From positions 2,304,001-2,368,000 of the forward strand of contig OZ241892.1 of the NCBI GenBank assembly GCA_965203485.1: a stretch of DNA of 64,000 bases. Direction: 5' to 3'. Position numbers and translations under genes: made by a program. Under the pieces are notes generated by a model that was not told the DNA's origin, made no database searches, and saw only the letters and a program-made list of their open reading frames with translations. Source of the stretch: Longimicrobiales bacterium. Lineage in GTDB: Bacteria; Gemmatimonadota; Gemmatimonadetes; Longimicrobiales; Gaopeijiaceae. How positions within the stretch are numbered: position 1 is the first letter of the stretch; each line of letters starts with the position of its first letter. Shown here piece by piece: positions 11,269 to 22,150 of the stretch.

Positions 11269-12129
11269 CTAGGCCGCATCGTCGTAGGCGAAGAAGCCGC
11301 GGCCCGCCTTGCGGCCGAGCCATCCCGCGGCCACGTACTGGCGCAGGAGCGGACAGGGGCGGTAGCGATCGTTGCCCAGCTCGCGGTGCAGCACCTCGAG
11401 GATCGACAGGCACGTGTCCAAGCCGATGAGGTCGGCCAGGGCGAGCGGTCCCATCGGGTGGTTCATGCCCAGGGTCATCACTTGGTCGATCGCCTCGGCG
11501 TCGGCGACCCCCTCCATCAGCGCGAAGACGGCCTCGTTGATCATCGGGGTCAGGACGCGGTTGGAAACGAAGCCGGGAAAGTCGCGCACCTCCACGGGCG
11601 TCTTGCCGAGCGTCCGGGCGAAGTCGGCCACCACGCGCGCCGTCCGGTCGCTGGTGGCCAGCCCTCGGATCACCTCGACGAGCTTCATGACCGGAACCGG
11701 ATTCATGAAGTGCATTCCGATTACCTGCTGCGGGCGCCGCGTGCGGGCCGCAATCGCGGTAATGGAGATCGAGGAGGTGTTGGACGCGAGGATCGCGGCC
11801 GCCTGCGCAATGCCGTCGAGGGCCGCGAAGACCTTGAACTTGAGGTCCGCCGACTCCGGGACGGCTTCCACGACCAAGTCGGCAGCCGACGCGGCGCCCA
11901 TGTCGGTGGACGGCGCGATCCGCTCGAGGGCGGCCGAGCGCTGGCCGCGCGTGATCGCGTCCTTGGCCAGCTGCCTGCCGAGGTTGCGCCCCACGGCGTC
12001 GATGCCGCGGGCGACGGCCTGCTCCGACACGTCGATCAGGTCCACCCGCGCCCCCGCCAGCGCGCACACGTGGGCGATGCCGTGGCCCATGGCGCCCGCG
12101 CCGACGACGGCGATCCGGCCGATGCTCAC
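11269..12129 (-). CDS. 3-hydroxybutyryl-CoA dehydrogenase
   Basis: 'GAGAMG', 'ASNTSS', 'GMHFMNP', 'HPMGP'. Confidence 0.95.
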   Translation of the reverse strand: MSIGRIAVVGAGAMGHGIAHVCALAGARVDLIDVSEQAVARGIDAVGRNLGRQLAKDAITRGQRSAALERIAPSTDMGAASAADLVVEAVPESADLKFKVFAALDGIAQAAAILASNTSSISITAIAARTRRPQQVIGMHFMNPVPVMKLVEVIRGLATSDRTARVVADFARTLGKTPVEVRDFPGFVSNRVLTPMINEAVFALMEGVADAEAIDQVMTLGMNHPMGPLALADLIGLDTCLSILEVLHRELGNDRYRPCPLLRQYVAAGWLGRKAGRGFFAYDDAA

Positions 12130-12163
12130 GGGCGCGCGCGTCCGCCCGCCCCCGGCCCGGCGC

Positions 12164-12757
12164 TCAGCGGGCCCCTCCCCGGACCGCCCGGATCACCGCC
12201 AAGGCGATCGCGGCCTTGATCGCCGCGCCCAGCAGGAACGGCTGCACGGCCAGCGCGAATATCTCGGCCGGGGCGCGATCGCTGACCACCGCGATCCACG
12301 AAGCGCCGAGCGCGAAGACCGCCGCGGTGCCCGCCGCGAGCCCCGCGGCCGGGCGCGCGAGGCCCTTCGACTCGCCGGAAATCCAGCCGACCAGCGCCGA
12401 AGCGAGCGGAAACGCCAGGAGATAGCCGCCGGTGGGCCCGAGCAGCCACGGCCACCCACCGCCGCCCATGGCGAACACCGGAACGCCCGAGACGCCCAGC
12501 GCCAAGTAGAGCAGTTGCGACGCCGCGCCTCCGACCGGCCCGAGCACGCCGCCCGACAGAAGGACGAACAGCGTCTGCCACGTCATCGGCACGGGCGTGA
12601 AGCCCAGCGGGACGGCGAAGTGGGCCCCGGCCGCGGTCAGCACGGAAAAGCAAAGCGTCCACGCGGCGATCCCCAGGGGGCGGCTGCGGGAGAACGCCTG
12701 CGCGGCCTCCCAGGCGGGCGGGCGGGCGGCCAAGCCGGCCGTCTTCGGTTCGATCAT
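12164..12757 (-). CDS. bioY: Biotin transporter BioY
   Basis: 'TPVPMTWQT', 'GPTGGYL.AF'; hydrophobic; start approximate. Confidence 0.88.
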   Translation of the reverse strand: MIEPKTAGLAARPPAWEAAQAFSRSRPLGIAAWTLCFSVLTAAGAHFAVPLGFTPVPMTWQTLFVLLSGGVLGPVGGAASQLLYLALGVSGVPVFAMGGGGWPWLLGPTGGYLLAFPLASALVGWISGESKGLARPAAGLAAGTAAVFALGASWIAVVSDRAPAEIFALAVQPFLLGAAIKAAIALAVIRAVRGGAR

Positions 12758-12863
12758 TCGTCTGGTCCTCTTCCTTTTCGGATCGCTGCTTTCCGGTTCG
12801 TCCCGCACTGCGTAGTCCGGGCGCGCGTCCGCGTCCGCCTCGGACCCCTTCACGAGCCCCCGC

Positions 12864-14072
12864 CTACGCCTGCCGGACCGAGAGCGCGACCGCGGCGCCG
12901 CCTCCCAAGCAGAGGGCGGCCAAGCCGCGCTCCTCGTCCCTGTCCGCCATCGCGTGGAGCAAGGTCACCAAGATCCGCGCGCCCGACGCCCCGATCGGAT
13001 GGCCGAGGGCCACTGCGCCGCCTCTCACGTTCATGCGCTCGGGATCCAGCTCGAGCTCGCGGGCGTTGGCGACCGCCTGCACCGCGAACGCCTCGTTGAT
13101 CTCGGCCAGCCCGTAGTCGCCCACCTCGGACCGCTCGCTCCGCGCCAGCCTGCGCACCGCGCGCACCGGCGCGAAGAACAGATCGCGGGGCTCGGCGCCC
13201 GCGGCCGCGTAGCCGGTCACCACGGCGCGCCAGCGCAGTCCGTGGGCCTCGGCGTACTCCTTGCTGGCGACGACCAGCGCCGCGGCCCCGTCGTTGAGTC
13301 CCGGGGCGTTGCCGGCCGTCACCACCAGCTCCTCGACTCCCGCGGGAGCGTCGCGCTCGAACGCCGGGCGCAAGCGGGCCAGGGCATCGATCGACGTGTC
13401 CCTCCGCGGGCATTCGTCGGCCTCCACGACGGCAGCGCCCTTGCGCGTCTCGACCGGCACGGGCACGGTCTCGCGCTGGAATTCCCCCGCGTCGAGGGCC
13501 GCCACCGCTCGCCGGTGCGACTCCGCGGCGAAGGCGTCGGCGTCGGCGCGCGTCACGCCGGCCCGGGCGGCCGTGTACTCCGCGTGCCCTCCCATGTGGC
13601 GGTTCTCGAAGGCGCACCACAGGCCGTCGTGCACCAGTCCGTCCTCCAAGGTCCGGTCGCCGAACTTGACGCCGCCGCGCAGGCCCCGCGCGTAGTGCGG
13701 CGCGTTGGACATCGACTCGAAGCCGCCCGCCGCCACCAGGCGCGCGTCGCCCGCGCGAACGGCCTGGGCGGCCAGCATGACCGCCTTGAGCCCCGACCCG
13801 CAAACCTTGTTGACCGTGAGCGCGGGCACGTCGGCCGGCACGCCGCCGGCGATCGCCGCCTGCCGGGCCGGCGCCTGCCCCGCCCCCGCGCTCACCACGT
13901 TGCCCAGCACGACTTCGTCGAGCTCCGCCGGGTCCGCCCCCGCTCTCTCGATCGCGGCGCGCACCGCCACGGCCCCAAGCTGCGGTCCCGAGAGCGGAGC
14001 GAGCCCGCCCAGGAAGCGCCCGACGGGCGTTCTGGCCCCGTCCAATATGACGGGCGTCGTCGCTGGATTCAC
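12864..14072 (-). CDS. Acetyl-CoA C-acetyltransferase (thiolase)
   Basis: 'NKVCGSG', 'NEAFA', 'GHPIGASG', 'CLGGG'. Confidence 0.96.
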   Translation of the reverse strand: MNPATTPVILDGARTPVGRFLGGLAPLSGPQLGAVAVRAAIERAGADPAELDEVVLGNVVSAGAGQAPARQAAIAGGVPADVPALTVNKVCGSGLKAVMLAAQAVRAGDARLVAAGGFESMSNAPHYARGLRGGVKFGDRTLEDGLVHDGLWCAFENRHMGGHAEYTAARAGVTRADADAFAAESHRRAVAALDAGEFQRETVPVPVETRKGAAVVEADECPRRDTSIDALARLRPAFERDAPAGVEELVVTAGNAPGLNDGAAALVVASKEYAEAHGLRWRAVVTGYAAAGAEPRDLFFAPVRAVRRLARSERSEVGDYGLAEINEAFAVQAVANARELELDPERMNVRGGAVALGHPIGASGARILVTLLHAMADRDEERGLAALCLGGGAAVALSVRQA

Positions 14073-14280
14073 GCTGTGCTCCTCGCTCTTTCGCCGTAGT
14101 GGCCGGAGGGAAACCGCAAGGCCTCAAATGTACCAGGAAGCAGGTCGCGAGGGGCCGCTGGGGACGTGGGCAGCGGGGTGGCCCGCGGCCGAGACCGCCG
14201 CCGGGGGGCGGTCAGCGCCGCCGAGACGCCCCGCCCGCGCTGCAGGTCGAAACGGACCCGCCGACGGACGTCGCAGACGT

Positions 14281-15144
14281 TCAGCCGCTGCCGAGGACTG
14301 GCCGGTCCGCCTCCCTGAACAGGTCGCGCTGCCGCCTGGAGCGGCGCGGCGGGCGGTGCCTCCTGAGGGCGCGCAGGTCGCCTACGCCCAGCGACTCGGC
14401 CCTGTCCAAAAGGCGGAGCAGAACGCGCGCCGTCGCGAGCGCGTCGCCGCCCGCGCGGTGCCGACGGTGGACGCCGATGCGAAAGTGCTCCGCCAGCGCG
14501 TCCAGGTTGCGCCGCCCCAGCTCCGGCGCGAAACGGCGGGCCAAGCTCATCGTGCAGACCCGTGGCACGGCGGGGGCGTCGCCGCGAGCGTCGTGGAGCT
14601 GGGCGCGCACCCACCCCCAGTCGAACCCAGCGTTGTGGGCGGCGAACACGCGTCCCTCGATGCGCCCGAATATCTCGTCGGCGATCTCGTCGAACGTGGG
14701 CGCCCCGGCCACCATGCGATCGTCGATGCCGGTCAGCCGCGCCGCCCATCGCGGAATCCGCCGGCCCGGATTCACGAGCGTTTCGAACACGTCCTGCACC
14801 GCCCCGCCGTCCACCTCCACGACCGCGATCTCCGTGATGCGGTGCCCCGCCGCGTGCGTGCCTCCGGTCGTCTCGACATCCACCACCGAGTAACGCAGCG
14901 CCGACACCGGCGTCCCCGGCCCGCGCGCCCCCGGCCGGGCGCTCCACACGCCCTCGCCGTCCACGACGAAGCGGTCGTCGCCGCCCAGCAGGGCGAACAC
15001 GGCGGCCGCGGCCGCTCTCCGTCCGCCCCGAAGCCGCAGCACGTCCGCCGCCAGCTCGGTCGTGTGCAACGGGCCGTCCTGCAACGCGGCCCACGCCTCC
15101 TGCAGCAACGAGACCCGCGCAGCCGGCATCCTCACGAACCGCAT
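14281..15144 (-). CDS. DEDDh 3'-5' exonuclease (DnaQ/PolC-like)
   Basis: 'VVDVETTG', 'AHNAGFD', 'HRAGGDA'. Confidence 0.9.
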   Translation of the reverse strand: MRFVRMPAARVSLLQEAWAALQDGPLHTTELAADVLRLRGGRRAAAAAVFALLGGDDRFVVDGEGVWSARPGARGPGTPVSALRYSVVDVETTGGTHAAGHRITEIAVVEVDGGAVQDVFETLVNPGRRIPRWAARLTGIDDRMVAGAPTFDEIADEIFGRIEGRVFAAHNAGFDWGWVRAQLHDARGDAPAVPRVCTMSLARRFAPELGRRNLDALAEHFRIGVHRRHRAGGDALATARVLLRLLDRAESLGVGDLRALRRHRPPRRSRRQRDLFREADRPVLGSG

Positions 15145-15247
15145 GCGGCGCCGGTCCCGAACCGGTCCGCGACGGCCTGCCTACGCGTCCCGCCGCCGAG
15201 CCCGTCCCCGAGCCGTCGAGCCGTCGCCCAAGGCCGGAGCGCCGGGC

Positions 15248-15931
15248 TCATCCGGGACGGCCGCCCCGCCCCCGGACCAGCGCGTGCGACAGGCTCTCCA
15301 GCTCGACGAGCATGCTCACGTTGCGCAACGTCACTTCGTCGGGAACCCGCAACTGCACGGGCGCGTAGTTGAGCACCGCCTTGACGCCCGCGTCCACGAC
15401 CCGGTCCGCCACTTCCTGCGTCGCGGCCGCCGGCACCGCGAGGATCGCCAAGTCGGTTCGGTCCTCCTCGACGACCCTCTCCAGCTCCCGGACACCGCGG
15501 ATCCGCACGTCGCCGAGGCGCGTCCCCACCTTGGCCGGGTCGGCGTCCACCACCGCAGTGATCACGAACCCCCGCTTTCGGAACAGCTCGTACTCGAAGA
15601 GCGCCGTGCCGATGCGGCCCGCCCCCACCAGCGCAACGCGCCACTTCGTGTCCAAGCCCAGCGTTCGGCGCAACGCCCGCACGAGATCCGGCACCGAGTA
15701 GCCCAGGCCGCGCTTCCCCATGGAACCCAAGTGCTGGAGGTCCTTGCGCACCTGCGCAGCGGTGGCCCCAGTGTGCTCCGCCAGCGCCATGCTGGCCGTC
15801 GTGGTTCTGCCCGCCCGCTCGAACTCCTCCAGGAACCGCAAGTACAAGGAAAACCGGCGCACTGTGGCGTCCGGAATGCGGTTTGAAGGGGTTTTCACAA
15901 GGGCCAAGCTAACATGGCGCGGGACGGTCAA
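15248..15931 (-). CDS. rex: Redox-sensing transcriptional repressor Rex
   Basis: 'IPDATVRRFSLY', 'QVRKDL', 'GKRGLGY', 'GAGRIG'; start may be about 40 bp downstream. Confidence 0.93.
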   Translation of the reverse strand: MTVPRHVSLALVKTPSNRIPDATVRRFSLYLRFLEEFERAGRTTTASMALAEHTGATAAQVRKDLQHLGSMGKRGLGYSVPDLVRALRRTLGLDTKWRVALVGAGRIGTALFEYELFRKRGFVITAVVDADPAKVGTRLGDVRIRGVRELERVVEEDRTDLAILAVPAAATQEVADRVVDAGVKAVLNYAPVQLRVPDEVTLRNVSMLVELESLSHALVRGRGGRPG

Positions 15932-15988
15932 ATCCGGCTCGGCCGGCTGTCGGGGCGCCCTGCGGCGGGGCCGCGCGGGCGTTGCGCG

Positions 15989-16843
15989 TCACGCCGGTCC
16001 CGGCCGGCCGCCGGCCCTTTCCGCCGGGTGCGGCGGGCCGGCGTCCGCGAGGGCCGCGCTCAGCGCCGCGAAGTCGTCCGGGGCCAGCTGTTCGGGCCGC
16101 GCGGCCGGATCGATCGAACGGGCCTCCAGCGCCTCCATGCCCGCCCGCCGGGCCGCGCGCAATTCCGGGTGAGTCCGGAGGATCGTGCCGATCTGCTTGC
16201 GCCGCCACGAGAACGCCGCACGCACCAGCCTGCGGGCGCGCGCGGCTTCGGCCGGCCCCATCGCCGGCGGCGACCGCGGCGTGAGGCGAACCACCGCCGA
16301 GTCGACCCGGGGCTTCGGCCAAAACGCGCTTCGCGGCACGGAGAACAAGCGTTCGGCCCGGGCGCGCAAGGCCACGCCGACCGAGAGCGCGCCGTACGTC
16401 TTGCCGCCCGGGCCGGCCAGCATCCGCCGGGCCACCTCCGCCTGCACCATCAGCACGATCTCGGCCGGGCAGGGCGGCTCCAGCAGGCTAAACACGATCG
16501 GCGTCGTGATGTTGTAGGGGATGTTTCCCACCACGCGGGTGCGCGCCCAAGAGTCCGTCAGCCCTGCCAAGTCCTGCTCGAGCACGTCGCCGTGAACGAC
16601 CGCCACGCTCGGCCGGTCCTCGAACGCCGCGCGGAGCCGCTCGGCCAGCACGTCGTCGAGTTCGACCGCCACCACCCGCGCCCCGCGGTCCGCCAAGCGC
16701 CGGGTCAGCTCGCCCCGTCCAGGGCCGATCTCCAGTACCTGCTCGCCCTCGCTCGCCCCGCAGGCCGCCGCGATCCGCCGTTGCGCCGCCTCCGAGACGA
16801 GGAAGTTCTGCCCCAGCGAGCGCTTCGGCCGGTGCGCCCTCAC
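15989..16843 (-). CDS. rsmA: 16S rRNA dimethyltransferase
   Basis: 'LGQNFL', 'EIGPGRG', 'GNIPYNI'. Confidence 0.95.
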   Translation of the reverse strand: MRAHRPKRSLGQNFLVSEAAQRRIAAACGASEGEQVLEIGPGRGELTRRLADRGARVVAVELDDVLAERLRAAFEDRPSVAVVHGDVLEQDLAGLTDSWARTRVVGNIPYNITTPIVFSLLEPPCPAEIVLMVQAEVARRMLAGPGGKTYGALSVGVALRARAERLFSVPRSAFWPKPRVDSAVVRLTPRSPPAMGPAEAARARRLVRAAFSWRRKQIGTILRTHPELRAARRAGMEALEARSIDPAARPEQLAPDDFAALSAALADAGPPHPAERAGGRPGPA

Positions 16844-16972
16844 CGAACCGGCTTCGGCGGGGCCGCGCGCGCTGGGACGGCGGCTCGACGCCGTCGGGGA
16901 CGGCGGCTTCGGCGGGGCTCGGCTACGCGCACGAGGACGACCAGGACGGCAGGGCGGCCTGCGCCACCATGG

Positions 16973-18064
16973 TCACGGCTCGGCCGTGCGCACGAGGACG
17001 GCGGTGCGATCGTCCGCCAGCAGAGAACGGGCGGGGGCGCGCATGGCGAAGAGCCGTTGCAGGACGAACGCGGGCGGGCGGGCGCGGTGCCGGGCCGCCA
17101 TCGCGACGACGCGGCCCTCGCCGTCTTGGCGGCGGCGCGAAGCGAGCGTGTCGGAGAGGCCGTCGGTGAAGAGCAGGAGCAGGTCCTCGCCCGAGCGCCA
17201 GGGGACGGCGGCCTCGGCGAAGGGCGGGGACGCGATGCCCATGGGTGGCTCGGTGGCGCCGAGGCGTTTCTGCGCGCCGGCGCCCGCGACCAGGAACGCG
17301 TGCGCATGGCCCGCGTTGGAGTAGACCAGCCGGGCCCGAGCGGCGGGGCCGCCCGTTGCACCGGGCTCGCCGGGCGAAAGGACGCCGTAGAAGAGCGTCA
17401 CGAACATTTCGGTGGACTCGAGCTCGTCGCCGATGGCGTTGTGGATGCGCTCCATCACGGTGGCCGGCCGGTCGCCGCCCTCGGCGGAGATGACGGCGGC
17501 GCTGACGGCGTGCGCCATGACGAGAGCGGCCGGCAGCCCGTGCCCGGACACGTCGCCGATCATCACTCCGGCTCGGCCGCCCGACAGGGCCACCACCTGG
17601 TAGAAGTCGCCGCCGACGGACGCCGCCGGCACGACGCGGGCAGCCGCCTCCACGCCGGGGATCGGCGGGATCGGCGGGATGAGCTTGAGTTGCAGGTCGT
17701 GGGCCAGTTGCATCTCGCGCGACACCTGGTCGCCCGCGACGCGGGCCAGCCCGCAGGTGCGCCGAAGCGTGTCCTCGAGCAGGTCCGCTTCGGGACGACG
17801 GCCGTCGGGGCATGCGACCTCGACGTGAAGCACGGACCGGTCGTCCACATCGACCTGGAACGACTTCGCGGCGGAGGACAGGCCGGCCCCGGCGTTCGGC
17901 GGCCCCGCAGCCGCCGCGTCCGCCGAGGACGACGGCGCCACGGGCACGCGGCCCGATTCGGTCACGTGCCAAGCTCGCACGTCCAGGCCCAGCGCGTCGC
18001 GGAAGCCCCCGACGACGGCCGCCGCTTCCTCGAGCGGGCGGGGCGGCGAACCGTTCTCCGTCAC
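16973..18064 (-). CDS. PP2C/SpoIIE-type Ser/Thr phosphatase
   Basis: 'VGGDFY', 'GDVSGHG', 'NAGH', 'FTDG', 'DDRT'. Confidence 0.9.
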   Translation of the reverse strand: MTENGSPPRPLEEAAAVVGGFRDALGLDVRAWHVTESGRVPVAPSSSADAAAAGPPNAGAGLSSAAKSFQVDVDDRSVLHVEVACPDGRRPEADLLEDTLRRTCGLARVAGDQVSREMQLAHDLQLKLIPPIPPIPGVEAAARVVPAASVGGDFYQVVALSGGRAGVMIGDVSGHGLPAALVMAHAVSAAVISAEGGDRPATVMERIHNAIGDELESTEMFVTLFYGVLSPGEPGATGGPAARARLVYSNAGHAHAFLVAGAGAQKRLGATEPPMGIASPPFAEAAVPWRSGEDLLLLFTDGLSDTLASRRRQDGEGRVVAMAARHRARPPAFVLQRLFAMRAPARSLLADDRTAVLVRTAEP

Positions 18065-18549
18065 GGCGACGGCGGCGGATCGCGCAGAACCAGCGTCACG
18101 GCGCTGCCCTCGCCGCTGTAGGCCACCTCGTCCATCAACGCTCGCATGATGAAGATGCCGCGGCCCGTGGACTTGGAGATGTTCGCGGGCAATCGGGGGT
18201 CCGGCACGCCGGCCGGGTCGAAGCCCGCTCCCGAATCGCTGACGCGCACCCGTATCTCGCCCGGCTCGGCCCGGAGTTCGACGCGGACCCGCTTGTCGCC
18301 GCCGGATCCGCCGTAGAGCACCGCGTTGGCGAGCGCCTCGGTCACCCCGAGGCGGAAGTTGAAGCGCAACCGCTGGGGATCGCGCCACGTCCCGGCGCAA
18401 CGATCCATCAGCAGGTCCACCGTGGGTTCGATGTCGTCGACGCCTTCGACGAACTGCACCATGTCCGCCGAGGGGCCGGGCGCTCCGGACGCCCCCGCGT
18501 CTCCGCCGCGAACGCCGCCCGCCGCCGGCGTTGCCTGCTCGCCCTCCAT
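18061..18549 (-). CDS. Anti-sigma factor kinase (RsbW-like)
   Basis: 'EALANAV.YG', 'DSGAGFD', 'GRGIFIM'. Confidence 0.88.
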   Translation of the reverse strand: MEGEQATPAAGGVRGGDAGASGAPGPSADMVQFVEGVDDIEPTVDLLMDRCAGTWRDPQRLRFNFRLGVTEALANAVLYGGSGGDKRVRVELRAEPGEIRVRVSDSGAGFDPAGVPDPRLPANISKSTGRGIFIMRALMDEVAYSGEGSAVTLVLRDPPPSP

Positions 18550-18881
18550 CACAACTCCGCCAGCGAGTCCTCCAACGCGGAATCGATGTGGAAGAGGGTG
18601 TCCAGCTTCGTGAGTTCGAAAAGGGAGCGCAGGTCGTCGTCCAAGCCGCAGAGGCGCAACTCGCCGCCCTCGTAGCGAATCTTCTTGGAGAGGCTCACGA
18701 GCACGCCCAGGCCCGAGGAGTCGACGTAGGTCGCGGCGGAGAAGTCCATCGCGAACTTGCGCGCGCCGTCTTCCACCGCCGCGAGCACCTTGTCCTTGAG
18801 GTCCTGCCGGTTGGCCACGATGAGCTTGTCCGCCACCCGAACGACCGCAACGCCGTCCTGCAAGTGGACGCTGAATGCCAT
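18549..18881 (-). CDS. Anti-anti-sigma factor (STAS, RsbV-like)
   Basis: 'YVDSSGLGVL', 'LFELTKL'. Confidence 0.9.
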   Translation of the reverse strand: MAFSVHLQDGVAVVRVADKLIVANRQDLKDKVLAAVEDGARKFAMDFSAATYVDSSGLGVLVSLSKKIRYEGGELRLCGLDDDLRSLFELTKLDTLFHIDSALEDSLAEL

Positions 18882-18974
18882 GAAGCGAGTCCTTCCACGC
18901 CTTGAACGGCTGCACGAGGAAACGGAGGACGCTTGGCCAAGTTGCACCGGAACGGCGCGCGGGTCAAGCCGTCG

Positions 18975-19889
18975 TCAGCCCGCCTTCGCGAGCGGGGGGT
19001 CCCGGAAGATCCGCCGGCGATGCCATGCGACGAACACGGGCGACGGCGCGAGCTCGGGCGTTGTCGGCGGCCGGACGGCCTTGCCGTGCAAGTCGAGCAG
19101 CTGCCTCGTCGCCGGACTCGCGCCTTCGACTTCGCCCGACACCAGCACGCGGAGGCGCCGTTCCACGGGCTCGAGGCCCAGCGCGCCCCGGTCCAGCGCC
19201 CTGCGGTGAGGCAGACAGAGCGCGAGCGCGTTCGAGACCTCGCTGGGCCCCCCGCGAGAACGCCACTTGATCCGCGCCGCCCGCAGTCCGAACACCCACT
19301 CGTCCGCCCGGCTGGCCGGATCGCACACGGCGCAACGGCGGCGGTACTCCTCGAGCACTTTCGCCTCGAAGGACGCGTCGCGCGCGCCCGCGCGCCGATC
19401 CGGCCGCAGCAGACCCCAGTCCCAGCTGATTCCGGCGGCGGCCTTGACGTCGTCGTGGACCGACGGCGGAAAGTGCTCGTCCAAAAGCTGCTCGGCCGCC
19501 GCCACGACCAACGCTGGATCGGACGCCAGCAACTCGTGAACCCGCGCCGGAAAGCCTCCCATCGCCCCGCGCTCGCGCAACTCCTTCGGCCGCAGGTCCC
19601 CGCTGGCGCTCGTCGAGAAGTCCTCGTCTCCCGGAATCTCCCATAGGCCGTCCCGCCGGAGCCGTCCGAAGGGAAACTCCGGGTGCACGACGCTCCTCGA
19701 CGGACCGAAGCGCGCCAGCAAGTCGCCGAGCTCCCGCTCCACGTTCGCATACGCGACCAGCCGCGGCCGACCCCGCGTCACGCGCCCCAGCGCCAGCAAC
19801 AGCAGGAGCGGCTTGTGCGGCGCGCGTCGGCCGTGCCGCTTCCCAGTTCTGATCGCCTCGACGCGGCGGAGGAACTCGGCCTTAGTCAT
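18975..19889 (-). CDS. SBD-HNH phosphorothioate-dependent restriction endonuclease family protein
   Basis: 'RAPHKPLLLL', 'PEFPFGRL', C-terminal 'CAVC...NALALC..H...DRG'. Confidence 0.75.
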   Translation of the reverse strand: MTKAEFLRRVEAIRTGKRHGRRAPHKPLLLLLALGRVTRGRPRLVAYANVERELGDLLARFGPSRSVVHPEFPFGRLRRDGLWEIPGDEDFSTSASGDLRPKELRERGAMGGFPARVHELLASDPALVVAAAEQLLDEHFPPSVHDDVKAAAGISWDWGLLRPDRRAGARDASFEAKVLEEYRRRCAVCDPASRADEWVFGLRAARIKWRSRGGPSEVSNALALCLPHRRALDRGALGLEPVERRLRVLVSGEVEGASPATRQLLDLHGKAVRPPTTPELAPSPVFVAWHRRRIFRDPPLAKAG

Positions 19890-20022
19890 CGATCGGACGT
19901 TGTCTTCATGGCCGCCAATGTGGGCCGACGACGACTGGGACGCCAGCCGGTCCCGACTCGGGGTCGGATTGTTCCAATCGACGCATCCAACCCCAGCAGG
20001 CGCGGGGCCGACGCGCCCCGAA

Positions 20023-20980
20023 TCAGGGCCGCGCTCGTCGTAGAACGCCACGCTGAGCACAAGGCTCGCCAGACGCGGGCCGAACCGGCCGCACGAAGAT
20101 GTGCGTCTCCGTTGGGTCGAACACGGGGACTTGCCTGCCGTTCACCCTTCTCCTCGTCGGTTGCCGACTGCTCTCCAGCGTCACGACGCTGTCGCCGAAC
20201 ATCCCGACATAGCTCAGGCCGCCTGGGGAGCGCCTGTCCTTCAGCAAAGCGTAGCAACCCGTCGCCCGCTCCACGACGGCCCCCGCGAGTCCGTCCTTTG
20301 GCGACGTTATGACGACAAGCCGACCATCGTCGGCCAGGAAAAGGTTGTGGTACCCGTCTTGTACTCCGTGAGGACGTGGTGCATGCCGTACAGCACATAT
20401 GCGGCCGAATCAGTACACGTCATCAAGGTTTCAAAGTAGCTGCTCACGTCATCCATGGAGACCGGTGTCCGAGCCCGAGCTTCGCCGCCCAACGCAACGC
20501 TTTCGCCGTCTTCGCCACGGAACACCACGCCCTTCCGCAGCGCCGGGACGGCGGGGCGGCCGTTCAACGCGCAAAGAGCCAACGTTCCCGGCACGGGCAA
20601 CCTCCATTGATGGAAAAGGTCACCCGACCAACTCCAGTAGAGCACCCTGCCCGGGCCCGAAACGAAGACCCCGTCCGGTCCCACGGCCGTCGCGTTCACT
20701 TGCGTGAGTTCGCCCGGCCCGTCGCCCGGCCGACCGCCTCCGAAGACGCCCAGCGCCGAACCGTCGTCCAGCGAGTAGGCCGTCACCGCCAGCGGATCGG
20801 CGGCCTCCGAGACGACCACCAGCCGACGGCCGTAGTCCACGGCGACCGCCGGGCCGAACGATATTCTGCGCCGCCGGCGATCTCGCGCCCCGAGTCCAGG
20901 TCCACTTCCAGAACTTGTTGCGTCGCCGCTTCCGTCGCGGCCGCCGCAACGGCGGCTACGACGCTGGTCCAACGGCGCAT
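20023..20980 (-). pseudogene. Secreted 6-bladed beta-propeller protein, disrupted
   Basis: Signal peptide 'MRRWTSVVAAV' in one frame, 'GGRPGDGPGEL' in a second, tail in a third. Confidence 0.6.
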
Positions 20981-21019
20981 GTCCGGTTCCCGCCGCACTT
21001 GCGGGCGGTGGAAGGCGCG

Positions 21020-21170
21020 CGCCGGCGCTGGTGAGGGGGCCGCTGGTTGCCGTGGGCGAAGACGGCGCGACGACGCAGGGACGCAAGGGCGCCTTGTGCA
21101 GGTGCGGCGCATCGTTGTCCAGCCGTTCTGCGACGGGGCCCACCGGGAGTGCGGCTTCGAGGCGGGGTGG
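21020..21170 (+). pseudogene. CDGSH iron-sulfur domain fragment
   Basis: 'LCRCGAS' and 'PFCDGAH..CGF' lie in different frames. Confidence 0.65.
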
Positions 21171-21250
21171 ATTCAACGCCTTCCGATGCGCCCCTCCACG
21201 AATCGAAGAGCGATCCCTTCACCGTGAAGCGTCCGAGCCCATGGCAGGCG

Positions 21251-22150
21251 TCAACACACGTAGTCCCGAAGGTCGTACCCCAGCTCCGTCATGACCTGTC
21301 CGTGAGCGTCCACGAGCCGCCGCGCTTGCGCCGCGGTCAAGTGGCGCCGCCATCCGCCCACCTTGCCGGAGCGAAAGAACCGGCGGCCCTGTTGCAGGTA
21401 GTTGCGGTACCCGTCTTGTTCTTCGGCACTCCGCAAGTTCGCGAAGCTCGCAAGGCCGACCGCGCGCCGCAGCCGAGCTTGGTCGGCGGCGCCTTCGAGC
21501 CCGAGGAACCGCGCCATCCTGCCCAGTTCGCCCGCTGGATTCGCCAGCATGTCCTCGTAGCGCACCGTCAGCACTGGAAAGGGCGCCGCCTGCCAGCTCG
21601 TCACGTGGCTCGACCAGTCGCTCACGATCTCCCTCAGGCGAGGCCATTCGGCATGTCCAATCTGGTGATTGGGATTGCAGAGATTGTTGACGGCGCTCTC
21701 GAAGTCGCCGCCCAGATAGAACGCCCACGAGACCGCCACGTCAAGAGGATTGCGCACCGCGTACAACGCCCCGCAAGTCGCGTCGTCCGGGAACAGCGGC
21801 TCGCCCGCCGCCGTGTCGACGAAGGTCTCGTGGGCCGGACAGTACAGGCGCACTCCGGAAGAGTCGGGTGGTTGCGCGGCCAGAACCCGGTAGACGGCGG
21901 GCCGGAGCGCGTCGGCTTCGTCCTGCGTCAAGTCCGACGCCACGAGCCCCGTGAGCCGCTCGAAGAGCGCCGGGTCGCAAGAACGCCGCCCGGGCAGCGC
22001 CTCGTCGATGTCGTTGATCGCGACGGCAGGCCCGCAGCGATCCGCCAGGAAGTTGGCCAGCAACGCCTCTCGCCACGTGGTGCCCGACCGCACGTAGCCC
22101 GCCAGCCAAACGAGCCGCCGCCCGCCGGCAACGCGACGCGACTGGATCAA
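21251..22150 (-). CDS. Sulfotransferase 1 (lasso cluster)
   Basis: 'WLAGYVRSGTTW', 'RNPLDVAVS', 'RYED', 'FFRSGKVGGW'; TTG start overlaps the kinase A stop. Confidence 0.88.
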   Translation of the reverse strand: MIQSRRVAGGRRLVWLAGYVRSGTTWREALLANFLADRCGPAVAINDIDEALPGRRSCDPALFERLTGLVASDLTQDEADALRPAVYRVLAAQPPDSSGVRLYCPAHETFVDTAAGEPLFPDDATCGALYAVRNPLDVAVSWAFYLGGDFESAVNNLCNPNHQIGHAEWPRLREIVSDWSSHVTSWQAAPFPVLTVRYEDMLANPAGELGRMARFLGLEGAADQARLRRAVGLASFANLRSAEEQDGYRNYLQQGRRFFRSGKVGGWRRHLTAAQARRLVDAHGQVMTELGYDLRDYVC

